Virus record (IMG/VR): IMGVR_UViG_3300001782_000010
Location: 1 to 55,670 of that record
Length of the DNA: 55,670 nucleotides
Reading direction: 5' to 3' (one strand)
Origin: a virus
Lineage: Duplodnaviria > Caudoviricetes
Numbering within the stretch: the stretch's first letter is position 1; each line of letters begins with the position of its first letter. The notes beneath the pieces are model-generated. The model made no database searches and had not been told where the DNA came from. It saw nothing but the letters and a program-made list of their open reading frames with translations. Positions 35,793 through 45,647 of this stretch are shown piece after piece. Both the position numbers and the translations under genes were made by a program.

Positions 35793-36254
35793 TTGTCTTC
35801 AAGTCATTATTCAGAAACAGAGAAAGCTATAATTGGATGGACATTAGCTACCAAGGGGTATATATCTCTTAACTGGAAATTTAAGAGGACAGGGGAAAAC
35901 CGTTCTTTCTTTTTATGTCCTGTTATTGGAATTATAAGTCCAGATTATTATTTCCTAGATAGATTTGATAAAGTAGTTAAATGTGGTAATATTAGACATA
36001 AAGGACTTCCTAAATATGGAAGACAAGATTATATTTGGCAAGTTAATAAACAAGAAGAAGTATATAGAATTTTAAAAGAAGTTATTCCTTACTTGCCTAA
36101 TAAAGAAAAAATAAAACTAGCAGAATTGGTTATGGAATTCTGTGAATTAAGAAAGTATGGAACACTTAAGAAGAAACCATATTCTGATAGAGAAAAAGAA
36201 ATAGCAGTAGAAATAACTGCTATCAATAAAAAGAATAGGAGAGGTGGTAAATGA
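35793..36254 (+). CDS. Free-standing LAGLIDADG homing endonuclease-like protein, probably catalytically degenerate
   Basis: IIGWTLATKGYISL (degenerate LAGLIDADG helix), YIWQV, ILKEVIPYL, KIKLAELVMEF. Confidence 0.65.
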   Translation: MSSSHYSETEKAIIGWTLATKGYISLNWKFKRTGENRSFFLCPVIGIISPDYYFLDRFDKVVKCGNIRHKGLPKYGRQDYIWQVNKQEEVYRILKEVIPYLPNKEKIKLAELVMEFCELRKYGTLKKKPYSDREKEIAVEITAINKKNRRGGK

Positions 36255-36571
36255 GTGAAGAAAGAGAAGTAGCTCAGATAGGGGATTTAGTTGATACAGA
36301 AGCAGAGAAATGGGTTAAAATTGATCTAATAGACAAAGAAGTACGTATCAAGAAGATACTACTTGGTTCAATGGGTAATATTACTAAGAAAGCAGGTGAT
36401 GATCCATTTGAAAATCTTATATTAATGATTCTTGAAGGTCTAGTAGAACCCAAGCTTACAAGAGATGATATTGAAAAAATGAATCCACTAGTAGCTAATG
36501 AAATTGGCATGTCAATTGCTGAGTTCAGTGGAATGACAAAAGAATCAGCTAAGAAGATCAGAAATTTATAA
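36251..36571 (+). CDS. Tail assembly chaperone (gpG-like)
   Basis: Lies between tail tube and tape measure; GLVEPKLT motif; ends in a slippery heptamer. Confidence 0.75.
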   Translation: MSEEREVAQIGDLVDTEAEKWVKIDLIDKEVRIKKILLGSMGNITKKAGDDPFENLILMILEGLVEPKLTRDDIEKMNPLVANEIGMSIAEFSGMTKESAKKIRNL

Positions 36572-36753
36572 GAAGTGATTATGGTTGGAGTATATGGATA
36601 TTAATGCATGAATTCCATATTGCTGATCCAAAAGTTGTAGCTAGATGGACTCCAGAGTTCTTATATTTCATGGCTAAAGGACTAGAGAAATATAATAAGG
36701 AACTAGAAAGAGCAAGGAAGAAAGCAAGTAGAAAAGCTAAAAGGAAGCATTAA
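36562..36753 (+). CDS. -1 frameshift extension of the tail chaperone (gpGT-like)
   Basis: A AAT TTA at 36562-36568 just before the stop; -1 frame open for 63 codons (FIRSDYGWSIW...KRKH*). Confidence 0.8.
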   Translation, partial: KFIRSDYGWSIWILMHEFHIADPKVVARWTPEFLYFMAKGLEKYNKELERARKKASRKAKRKH

Positions 36754-36787
36754 ATCCCCTTTTATATTTAAAAGGAGGTAAATAAAT

Positions 36788-39700
36788 ATGGCAGAAGTTG
36801 GACGTCCTATATCAGAAATTATTATTCGTTGTATGATTGAGTGTAAACAGACTACAAAAGGTTTACAGAACTTACAGGAAGAACAAAAGAAAACTATTAA
36901 GATAGGAGATCAATTAAAAGATAATCATAGGAAAATTCAAGATAGTGTTTTTCAAACTGCTAAAAGTTTGGAAGAATTAAAGTCTTCTTTAAGAGAAGTT
37001 ACACAAGTACCAGAATTTAGACCTAAAGTAAATATTAACGAAATAGTTAAAGAACTAGAACGTTTGATGGGTTATGAAATTAATTTAGAAAAGAAAGTAG
37101 GAGACTTAAAGAAAAAATTTGCAGAAAAGATGGAAATAAAAGATATCAAAGGAGCAGAAAGTGTTAAGAAACAATTAATTAAAATAGAAGAAGAATTATA
37201 TAATGTTCGTAAAACAAGAACTTCTTTGATAAATGAATTAAAAGGATCTATGCCAGGAATAATAATTCCAACACATGTTGAAACTAAAGAATCTTATCTT
37301 GAAGTTCAGGCTTTAGTTAAAAGATTATATCAGTTAAGAAATAAACAGAAAGAAGTTATGGAAGAATGGTTGAAGTCTTCTAAAGAAGGTGCTACTGCAA
37401 CTGCTAAGAATTATAAAAAACAGTTTGATCTTTTAACTTCTGAAGTAGAAAAGACTAGGAATCTTATTCAGCAGTTATCAGGAATAAGTGTTACTACTAA
37501 ATATGATATTGCTCCTGTTCGAGGAACAATTGAAGAAGCATTATTAAAACAAATAAATATTGCTCAACAGAAACTTAAGGATCTTTTTAAAGCAGAAATG
37601 CCTCCTAAAGAATTACAAATATTTCCTAAAATATTTAAAAAACTAACTTCTGAAGAAATAATTGAAAAAGTTCCTATAGTTAAAACAAAAGCTGAATTAA
37701 CTCAAGAAATTACTAGAGTTCTTAAAGAAGATATTAAAGCACCTGAAAAGGCTATTCAGGAAATAATTAGAAAGGTTGTTAAAGAACCTGAAGAAATTCC
37801 AAGAACAGCTACTATTGTTGTTGATTTAAATGAAGAACTTGTAAAAAGAGGACTAGAACCACTTACAGCAGTTCAAGCTTCTAAATTAGAATTTGATTTA
37901 ATGCCTACTGGGTTATCTGAACTTGAACAAGCAATTTCTATTATTAAAGATTCTCAGAAATCACATGAAAGAACTATTGAAAAAGTTGAAAAGGCTGGAA
38001 TAGCTCAGACAGAATATGGTAAAGGAGTAATTCATTGGGAACAAAAAGTTATTGATCAATATCAGACTGTTCTAAATCTTTTAGGAAAATTTCCTAAGTA
38101 TATACTTGGAACAGGAATAATGGAAGAAGCTAAAGAATTAATTGCATATCTAGAACAAATTAAAGCAACTATAAGAACAATACCTACTATAGAAGAAGTT
38201 AAAGCTCCTGATATTTTGAAAGATGTTCCAAAAGAACAATTAGTAAGATGTAAAGTAATATGTGATGAAGCAACTAAGAAAATAAAAGAATTAACTTCTA
38301 CTAAAATATCTAAAGTGGTTTATGAAGCAGAAGTACCTCCACATGTAAGAGTAGAACCATTAACAATACTAGTTAAATATGTACAAGAAAAACTTCCAGA
38401 AGTAAAAATTCCAGATGCTATTCAAAAGATTGTAAGTGAATATGAAGGAGAGATGCCTCCAGAAACATATGAAGCTATTCTTGATTTTGCTTTAGGAAAG
38501 ATTCCAGAAGTACCTCCTGCGGTACAAAGTTTAATGTACAAATATAGACCATTAGAAGAACCAGAACTAAAAGAATTATCTCAGTTTATAGAATTGGTTC
38601 ATAAAGAAGTACCTACTGTAAAATTAGAACCATATTTAATAGATGTTGAATATGCTAGAATTGCTCCTCCAAAACTTGATCCTATCAGACAAGATATTAA
38701 AGTTATGGAAGCAAAGATTCCAGATTTTGAAGTACCTCCTGCTGTTAGGGAAATATTACATAAAGAAGAACCAATTCCTATTCAAGAACTTGAACCTTTA
38801 ATAAGATGGATTAAACCTCAGTACGAAAAAGTAGAAGATTTAAAACTTCCTCCATTACTTAGAGATATTAAAATTGTTGAACAAGAAATTCCTAAACCTG
38901 AAATAGAAGCTGCAGAAATTCCAATACAATGTAAACTAATATGTATGGAAACAACTAAGGAAGCTTTAGATAAAGTAACTGGTAAAAGAGAAATTGAAAT
39001 TTCTCTTCCTCACGCACCAGTAAGAACGTTTGCTAACAGAATGTCAAGTGATGTTGGTGCAATCAGTACTGGTCTTTCTGGTTTAAGCAGATCAATTGGA
39101 TCTTCATTTCAACTTATGAGTGATAGGGCTGAAAGATTCAGAGCTACACAATTAAGATGGATCGGAAGAGACTTGATGAGAATTGGATTTATGATCACAA
39201 TATATGGCAGAATGTTTTCTACTACATTTCAGAAAGCTGCAACTGCTTCAGCAGATTTGGAAGGAGCATTAATGGACATTGGAGATGTTTTAGAAGATAT
39301 GGCAGATATTATTGGTACAACTATTGCTCCAATCTTTGAAGCATTACGAGGTCCATTAGAGGCTATTCAAGATTTCTTAGAAATGAACGAAATAATTGCT
39401 GCTGTAATTGGAGTAGTCATTCTTATTGGAAGCGCATTTGTACTTCTAGCTTCACAAATGTTCTCTGTTATTGGAACTATTACAGTTCTAAGATATGGAC
39501 TTGTACAAATAGCTGGATCAGCTCTTGGTGCAAAAACAGAAGTTAGAGGATTAACTGATATGTTAAAACTTCTGTTTGAAGTATTGATGGGTGCAACAAG
39601 AGTTCAAAGAACAATGGTGCAAGAGTTGGGATTATCTCAAGAAGAAACTAAGAAGTTTGCTTTAGGAATAGACGATACTATTATGAAATTAGAAGCATTT

Positions 39701-42700
39701 CTTGGAAGTGAACAAGCTTTAATGAAGGCAGGATTTAAACCTGTTCAGAAATTATTGGATGGACAGGAACAGACATTTAAATTGTTTGGAGATACTGCTT
39801 CAAAAGTTGGAGAAGAAGTTGCTAAGTCTTACCCTGGAATTCTTCCTGTATTCAATAGAATTGTAAATGCTAGTGAAAGTTTATATCAAGAATGGCAGGA
39901 AGGAAAAGAATATTCTAAAAAATTAATAGATAATATTAAAGAATTAGTAGAAGTTAAAGATGAACTTAGTAAAACTACTGATACTGCTACTAAAAAAGAA
40001 TTGAAAGGAAGAATAGCTAGTTTAGAACAAAATATTAAATACGCTACTTCTTATAATACATTACAATCAGCTATAGTAAGAACTACAGAAGATGGTAGAA
40101 GATTTCAGAAGAATGCTTTGAAAAATATACAAAAAGAATTTAAAGGTGTTTTATCTATAATAGAGGAAAATGCTGAAGGATTAAATCTTTTTGGAAGATT
40201 TATTAAAAATACTATAAAAGAAATTATTCATGCTATTGACATATATAAAGAAGAAAATGATTTAATAGATAGAAATGAAAAATTAATGACAAGTCTAAAA
40301 ACAAGGATCAAATCAGTAACTGGAGTAATGAAATTACTTGGAAGAGCTGCAATTGGTGTAATAGGTGGATTTATTTTAATGGCTGCTATTGAACCTGTTA
40401 TAGAAGGAATTCAGGGTCCATTAGAAGTTATAGGAGATATATTTTCAAATATTATAGATACTTTACAACCAGCTATTGACGCTTTTGCAGATGTATTAGA
40501 ACTTATAGGAGAAATACCATTCTTTGGACCTATATTGCAAGCTGCTATTGGTATGTTTCTACTAGCTTTAGCATTAATACCTGGTACAGTATTAAAAGGA
40601 ATAGCTGCATTTCTTAAATTTCTATTACATATTGATGCTGGTAAACAGAAGTCAGACGAATTTAGAAATATTCTAAAAACTACTTTTCTAGAATTTAAAG
40701 AAGGTATTACAACAACCATTCCATTTATGCAGGTATTAACTAATGAATTCTCTTTACTAGAATCTAAAATTAAAACAGTAGCAATAAAATTAAAAGAAGT
40801 AACAGCAGGAGTGGAAGGAACAGTAAAAGATGCTCCTTTGGATGTAGCATGGGAATTTAGTGTTATGGCTGGAGGAACAGAAGTAGCTAAGAAATCTTTA
40901 GAACAAATAACTGGAGCAATGGATACTACAATGAATACTGCTAATCAAATGGTTTCTTCAGTTAAAAAAATAAATACAAGTATGGAACCCAAAAATATTT
41001 CTAGTTCAGCATATGCATATAATATTCTTTCTAAAAATGTTAGAGTAGCAGGTGGTACACTAGAAGATACTTCTGTTCATGTGAAAACAACTGTAGAAAA
41101 TGCTAAAGCAATGACTGATGGATTGAAAGGATCTTCTGATGAAATGGGAAAAGTAAAAAGTGGAGTATCAGGTGCAGTTAAAGGACTTAAGAATTTTGCT
41201 TCTGGAGCATTTAAGGGATTTGCATATTTAACATTATTTGGAATAGCATTACAAGCTTTAGAACCTATATTAGAACCATTAGCAGAAGCATTTCAAATGA
41301 TGTTTGAACCATTAGAACCAATATTTGAATTGATAGGAGACTGGATTGAAGAAAATCCTGAATTAGTACAAGGATTATTTTTGATAATAGCAGGTTTATG
41401 GGCTGCAAATAAAATATTAGGTCCATTTGGAGGATTGCTAGGTGGAATATCTAAAATAACTGGTAAAGTAACAGGAGGAATTGGAGATGCAACGGACAGT
41501 GTATCAGGATTTTCATTTGAAAGTGCTGCATCAATGGCTGGGATGGCAGCTGTTATTGCTTCAATAGCTGGATTAGTTCTTGCATTTGCTGAATTAGCAA
41601 GATCATTTAAAGAAAGTGGAATATCAATTGACCAGTTTGCAGAATTAATTCTTATAGTATCTGTTGCAGGAGGAGCTTTAATAGCAGAAGTCACTTTACT
41701 TTCAAAATCATTCAAACAATTTTCTTATGAATCTGCCGTTTCAATGGCTGCTATTGGAGCTGTATTAGCTGGTCTAGCAGGATTAGTAATTGGTTTTTCA
41801 AATTTTGTTAAAGCTGTTGGTGAATCAGGAGTTAAAATAGGAGATACTATAAATCTTATTGTATCGTTCTCTATATCTTTAGGAATATTAGTTGGAATAA
41901 TTGAAGTACTTGCTGCAGTAATGGGTAGACTAGGAGCAACATGGGAAACAGCTCTGAGTTTAGCAGCTGTAACTGCAATTATTGTTGGTTTAAGTCTTCT
42001 TGTTGGTTCCTTTGGCGATTTAATTAAAGCAGCTAGTGAATCAGGATTTACTTTAGGAGAAATAACTGGTTTCTTAAATGCAACTATAACATCAGTTGGA
42101 ATATTAATTGGAGTATTAGCTGCTGTAGCAGGAGTATTAAGTGCTGTAACAGGAGGACTTGCTGCCGCAGGAATTGCAGCATTAGGATTCTTAGTAATTG
42201 CATTTGCAGAACTAATTAAAGCAGTTGCAGTATTTATTGAAGCAATAGTATATATGGCTAAGAACTGGAAGAAAATATCTAAGATGTTACTAGAAATAGG
42301 ACCAACAATTGTTAAAGCAATTGAAAATACTGTTGATGAAGTATTAAGAGTTTTAAAAGATAAAGTTCCAGAATGGATTAGAATGTTTGGTGAAGCAATG
42401 AGAAGAATTAGAGAAGCAATAATTGCTGAAGGACCATCTATAGCAAATGCTATAAAAGATATAATGAGTGAACTCGGAAGAATAATTGGTTCAGCTTTAG
42501 CAGGAATACCTTTGTTGTTTAGTAATATGTTTGCTGAAATATTTAGAGGGATAGGTGAAGCAGTAAATATATTAACTACAGCATTTGGAGAAATGTCTAA
42601 TAAAATAGTAACGTCTTTTTCTGAAATGTTTATATCTATCTTTAAGACGATAGATGAACAAATACCTCTTGTTGTACAAGCATTTACTTCTATGACAAGT

Positions 42701-44008
42701 GATATTTTAAATGCGGTTGGTTCTGGGATCGAAAGCATAGTTACAGACTTTGGTACTTTAATAGGAAGGATAATGAGTGTTATAGGAGAACAAGTATATC
42801 AGTTAATAGACTTAGGATCTGATATAATATCTAATATTCTTGAAGGAATAGGAGATGCTGCTGAACAAATTGGAGATGCTTTTATAGGAACTATGGAAAA
42901 AATAGGATCAACAATTGGTTCAGTAGTAAGTGTTGGTGCAGATATTATAGCAGATATTTTAGAAGGAATTGGTGATGCTGCAGTTGTGATAGGAAATGCC
43001 TTTATTGATACCATTTCAGAAATAGGAGATGTGATTGGAAGTGCTATAGATGTTGGTGGAGATATAATAGCAGATATTATTACTGGTATTGGAGATAATA
43101 TTTACAAGATAGGAAATGCTACTAAAGATGTAATTAAAAAAGTAGGAGAAGTAATAACTGATAATATTGATACTATTACACAATATGGTACTGATATAGC
43201 AGAAGCAATTAAAGATGGTATAACAGCTGGAGTAGATGTCGTTAAAGGAGGAATAGGAGAAATAATTGATCACATTATATCAGGATGCCCAGGAGGAGGA
43301 TTACAGGACATGTCTAAAGTAGGATATAAATATGGAAATCAAATGTCAAGAGGAATGGCAGATGGAATGTTAGGAAGTCTTAAACATATCAAAGATTCTG
43401 TGTCTCAAGCAATAAGTGGTTCTATAGAAATTATTGAAGGAGGAATAAAGATCGTAGGAGATATTGCAACTGGAATTGGAACTGCAGTTGTTATAGGAAT
43501 AGCTGGAGCTGCAAGTGCTGCTGGATCAGCAGTTGAAGGACTTGGGAATATCATTAGTGATGGAATAGAAGGAATACTTACTGGGTTAAGAAATATTTTC
43601 TGTTTCTCTCACATTATTCCAGAAGCAATATTAGATGCAGTTGATCCGTCTGTTAAAGCAATGTCTATATTAGGAGATTCAATATCAAGTACTTTAGGTG
43701 GATCAATTAGAGATGTTTCTAAAGTGTCTGAAGATATATCTTCCGCAGCATTATCTGAACTGAAAAATATGGAAGAATTAATTGGTAATCCAGAAATTCA
43801 GATAACTAGTAGAATAGGTGAAATGATTGGTCCAGGAATGTTGACAATTCCAACTGGAGCAGCAGTTGCTCCATCTCCAACATATTATAATGATTTCTAT
43901 ATTACAATTTCTGCTAGAGAATTATCTCCACAAATGACAGATGCAGAGAAAAGAAATTTAGCAGATGACTTATCTAAGCTAGTAGCAGAAAAAATAAGGA
44001 GGACTTAA
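36788..44008 (+). CDS. Tape measure protein (2406 aa)
   Basis: Length, position after the chaperones, A/G/I-rich amphipathic repeats including ~40-aa units (GxDIIxxILEGIGD). Confidence 0.9.
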   Translation: MAEVGRPISEIIIRCMIECKQTTKGLQNLQEEQKKTIKIGDQLKDNHRKIQDSVFQTAKSLEELKSSLREVTQVPEFRPKVNINEIVKELERLMGYEINLEKKVGDLKKKFAEKMEIKDIKGAESVKKQLIKIEEELYNVRKTRTSLINELKGSMPGIIIPTHVETKESYLEVQALVKRLYQLRNKQKEVMEEWLKSSKEGATATAKNYKKQFDLLTSEVEKTRNLIQQLSGISVTTKYDIAPVRGTIEEALLKQINIAQQKLKDLFKAEMPPKELQIFPKIFKKLTSEEIIEKVPIVKTKAELTQEITRVLKEDIKAPEKAIQEIIRKVVKEPEEIPRTATIVVDLNEELVKRGLEPLTAVQASKLEFDLMPTGLSELEQAISIIKDSQKSHERTIEKVEKAGIAQTEYGKGVIHWEQKVIDQYQTVLNLLGKFPKYILGTGIMEEAKELIAYLEQIKATIRTIPTIEEVKAPDILKDVPKEQLVRCKVICDEATKKIKELTSTKISKVVYEAEVPPHVRVEPLTILVKYVQEKLPEVKIPDAIQKIVSEYEGEMPPETYEAILDFALGKIPEVPPAVQSLMYKYRPLEEPELKELSQFIELVHKEVPTVKLEPYLIDVEYARIAPPKLDPIRQDIKVMEAKIPDFEVPPAVREILHKEEPIPIQELEPLIRWIKPQYEKVEDLKLPPLLRDIKIVEQEIPKPEIEAAEIPIQCKLICMETTKEALDKVTGKREIEISLPHAPVRTFANRMSSDVGAISTGLSGLSRSIGSSFQLMSDRAERFRATQLRWIGRDLMRIGFMITIYGRMFSTTFQKAATASADLEGALMDIGDVLEDMADIIGTTIAPIFEALRGPLEAIQDFLEMNEIIAAVIGVVILIGSAFVLLASQMFSVIGTITVLRYGLVQIAGSALGAKTEVRGLTDMLKLLFEVLMGATRVQRTMVQELGLSQEETKKFALGIDDTIMKLEAFLGSEQALMKAGFKPVQKLLDGQEQTFKLFGDTASKVGEEVAKSYPGILPVFNRIVNASESLYQEWQEGKEYSKKLIDNIKELVEVKDELSKTTDTATKKELKGRIASLEQNIKYATSYNTLQSAIVRTTEDGRRFQKNALKNIQKEFKGVLSIIEENAEGLNLFGRFIKNTIKEIIHAIDIYKEENDLIDRNEKLMTSLKTRIKSVTGVMKLLGRAAIGVIGGFILMAAIEPVIEGIQGPLEVIGDIFSNIIDTLQPAIDAFADVLELIGEIPFFGPILQAAIGMFLLALALIPGTVLKGIAAFLKFLLHIDAGKQKSDEFRNILKTTFLEFKEGITTTIPFMQVLTNEFSLLESKIKTVAIKLKEVTAGVEGTVKDAPLDVAWEFSVMAGGTEVAKKSLEQITGAMDTTMNTANQMVSSVKKINTSMEPKNISSSAYAYNILSKNVRVAGGTLEDTSVHVKTTVENAKAMTDGLKGSSDEMGKVKSGVSGAVKGLKNFASGAFKGFAYLTLFGIALQALEPILEPLAEAFQMMFEPLEPIFELIGDWIEENPELVQGLFLIIAGLWAANKILGPFGGLLGGISKITGKVTGGIGDATDSVSGFSFESAASMAGMAAVIASIAGLVLAFAELARSFKESGISIDQFAELILIVSVAGGALIAEVTLLSKSFKQFSYESAVSMAAIGAVLAGLAGLVIGFSNFVKAVGESGVKIGDTINLIVSFSISLGILVGIIEVLAAVMGRLGATWETALSLAAVTAIIVGLSLLVGSFGDLIKAASESGFTLGEITGFLNATITSVGILIGVLAAVAGVLSAVTGGLAAAGIAALGFLVIAFAELIKAVAVFIEAIVYMAKNWKKISKMLLEIGPTIVKAIENTVDEVLRVLKDKVPEWIRMFGEAMRRIREAIIAEGPSIANAIKDIMSELGRIIGSALAGIPLLFSNMFAEIFRGIGEAVNILTTAFGEMSNKIVTSFSEMFISIFKTIDEQIPLVVQAFTSMTSDILNAVGSGIESIVTDFGTLIGRIMSVIGEQVYQLIDLGSDIISNILEGIGDAAEQIGDAFIGTMEKIGSTIGSVVSVGADIIADILEGIGDAAVVIGNAFIDTISEIGDVIGSAIDVGGDIIADIITGIGDNIYKIGNATKDVIKKVGEVITDNIDTITQYGTDIAEAIKDGITAGVDVVKGGIGEIIDHIISGCPGGGLQDMSKVGYKYGNQMSRGMADGMLGSLKHIKDSVSQAISGSIEIIEGGIKIVGDIATGIGTAVVIGIAGAASAAGSAVEGLGNIISDGIEGILTGLRNIFCFSHIIPEAILDAVDPSVKAMSILGDSISSTLGGSIRDVSKVSEDISSAALSELKNMEELIGNPEIQITSRIGEMIGPGMLTIPTGAAVAPSPTYYNDFYITISARELSPQMTDAEKRNLADDLSKLVAEKIRRT

Positions 44009-44009
44009 C

Positions 44010-44456
44010 ATGCCAAATATTAAATTTGTACCAACTTCAGATACCGATGACACACTTGTTTTAAGTGGAATATTTAGACCATCAAGATTAATTAAAAATA
44101 TTAAACATACATGGAGAAGAAGAAGACCATCCTCAAGTACAAGACCAGTAAAGAGAGCTAAAGATAGAAGAGAAGATCTTGTAGTATATACTTTAGAAGG
44201 TTCATGTGATTCTGCTGTAGCAGAGAAGCTAGAAAGTTTCAGTAAAGATGCATCAACATATTATTTTTATAACCCTCTTATTAGTCCAGATACTGTAATA
44301 TGTGGGGATCATCAGACTAGATGTCCTGCTTCAGGAGGAAATTATGGTTATGATCAGATAGTTTTTACATCATGTGAAGTAGAATTATTAGCTGGTAAGA
44401 AACCAGGATATGAATATAAATATAGAATAAATCTAGAAGAAGCAAAGGAGTATTGA
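44010..44456 (+). CDS. Putative distal tail (Dit-like) protein
   Basis: First gene after the tape measure; YTLEGS and YKYRINLEE beta strands. Confidence 0.5.
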   Translation: MPNIKFVPTSDTDDTLVLSGIFRPSRLIKNIKHTWRRRRPSSSTRPVKRAKDRREDLVVYTLEGSCDSAVAEKLESFSKDASTYYFYNPLISPDTVICGDHQTRCPASGGNYGYDQIVFTSCEVELLAGKKPGYEYKYRINLEEAKEY

Positions 44457-44510
44457 ATATGAAGAAAAGATTATTTATAGAAATGTACAATAAAATACTG
44501 AGGGAGATTA

Positions 44511-45647
44511 ATGCCTATTAGAATTATTCCTCCACAATTAACTAAGACTGAATGGAATGCTTTACTTTATCTAGCTTTAGCTAAGACTTCAAGTTTTATA
44601 GTTAGAATAAATGAAGGATATTATGAAGCAATATGGGCATATGGTACATATGGAGGACAATCTGAAACAACTCAAGCTGGAAGATTAGCTTATGGAGGAT
44701 CAGGAAATCAGGGAGGAATAAGTGGTTCTTCTTTTGAAGCAGTTATTGAAGCATGTCTTAGTACATTATCAAATGGAGGAAGTATTTTAACTAAGTCGGC
44801 TTCATATGAAGTAGATGATCAAATAGACTGGTCACAAAATGATATTATGTTATTTGGAGAAAGAGGTACGATCTTTACTTTTCCAGACACTTTATCAGTA
44901 GATAGAACAATGATTGATATGACTGGAGATAGAAATAGAATAAGCAATATATTCTTTGATGGTATTAGAGATCAGGTTTCAGGAAATCAAGATGCAGTTC
45001 TTATTGATGGAGGATTATATAATACTATAGACAATAATAGATTTGAAGCATTTACTTCAGATGCAATAGTTTGTGATAATGCTTCTTCATATTGTTTTAT
45101 TACAAACAATTTAATATATGATATTTATTCTAGAGGATTAAATCTTAATGATATTAGACATTCTGTAATATCAGGAAATATTTTAAGACATATTGGAGTT
45201 TCAGGAGTAGACACTGATGGTGCATTATATAGTACATTTGCGTACAATATATTTGAAGATACTTCTTTCTGGGCTAATGATAATGCTTTAGAACTTGAAC
45301 AGGAAGAGACTAGTCCAACACATACTGAATTTTGTACGGTTATAGGAAATACATTTTTGAATGGATATTGTGGAGTACATATTAATTCTGGAAGAAATAA
45401 TACAGTTATTGGTAATTCATTTGATAGTTTTGTATATGGAATAAGAATACAGACAGCTGGAGGTACAAGATACTCTACTAGAAATATTATTAAAGGGAAT
45501 AGATTTGGTACTATAACAACCAATCCAATTATAGAAATAGATGCTAATCAAGATTATAATGTAATAGTAGGGAATATATTTCCAGACAGTCCTAATAATG
45601 ATCTAAAAGGAGTTAATGATGAAATAGGACATAATATAGGTGGATAA
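44511..45647 (+). CDS. Right-handed beta-helix tailspike-like protein
   Basis: GGSI.. cap followed by repeated I-x-G/N-N-x-F/I (PbH1/NosD-like) coils. Confidence 0.75.
   Translation: MPIRIIPPQLTKTEWNALLYLALAKTSSFIVRINEGYYEAIWAYGTYGGQSETTQAGRLAYGGSGNQGGISGSSFEAVIEACLSTLSNGGSILTKSASYEVDDQIDWSQNDIMLFGERGTIFTFPDTLSVDRTMIDMTGDRNRISNIFFDGIRDQVSGNQDAVLIDGGLYNTIDNNRFEAFTSDAIVCDNASSYCFITNNLIYDIYSRGLNLNDIRHSVISGNILRHIGVSGVDTDGALYSTFAYNIFEDTSFWANDNALELEQEETSPTHTEFCTVIGNTFLNGYCGVHINSGRNNTVIGNSFDSFVYGIRIQTAGGTRYSTRNIIKGNRFGTITTNPIIEIDANQDYNVIVGNIFPDSPNNDLKGVNDEIGHNIGG

Noticed and set aside
35770-36250. Self-splicing or bulge-helix-bulge intron around the LAGLIDADG ORF
   Set aside because: Both flanking genes look complete and the ORF fills the gap, leaving no room for recognisable intron structure.
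40411-43273. Long minus-strand ORFs (up to 337 aa) opposite the tape measure gene
   Set aside because: Antisense shadows caused by the biased Ala/Gly/Ile codon pattern of the tape measure; no motifs or SD sites.
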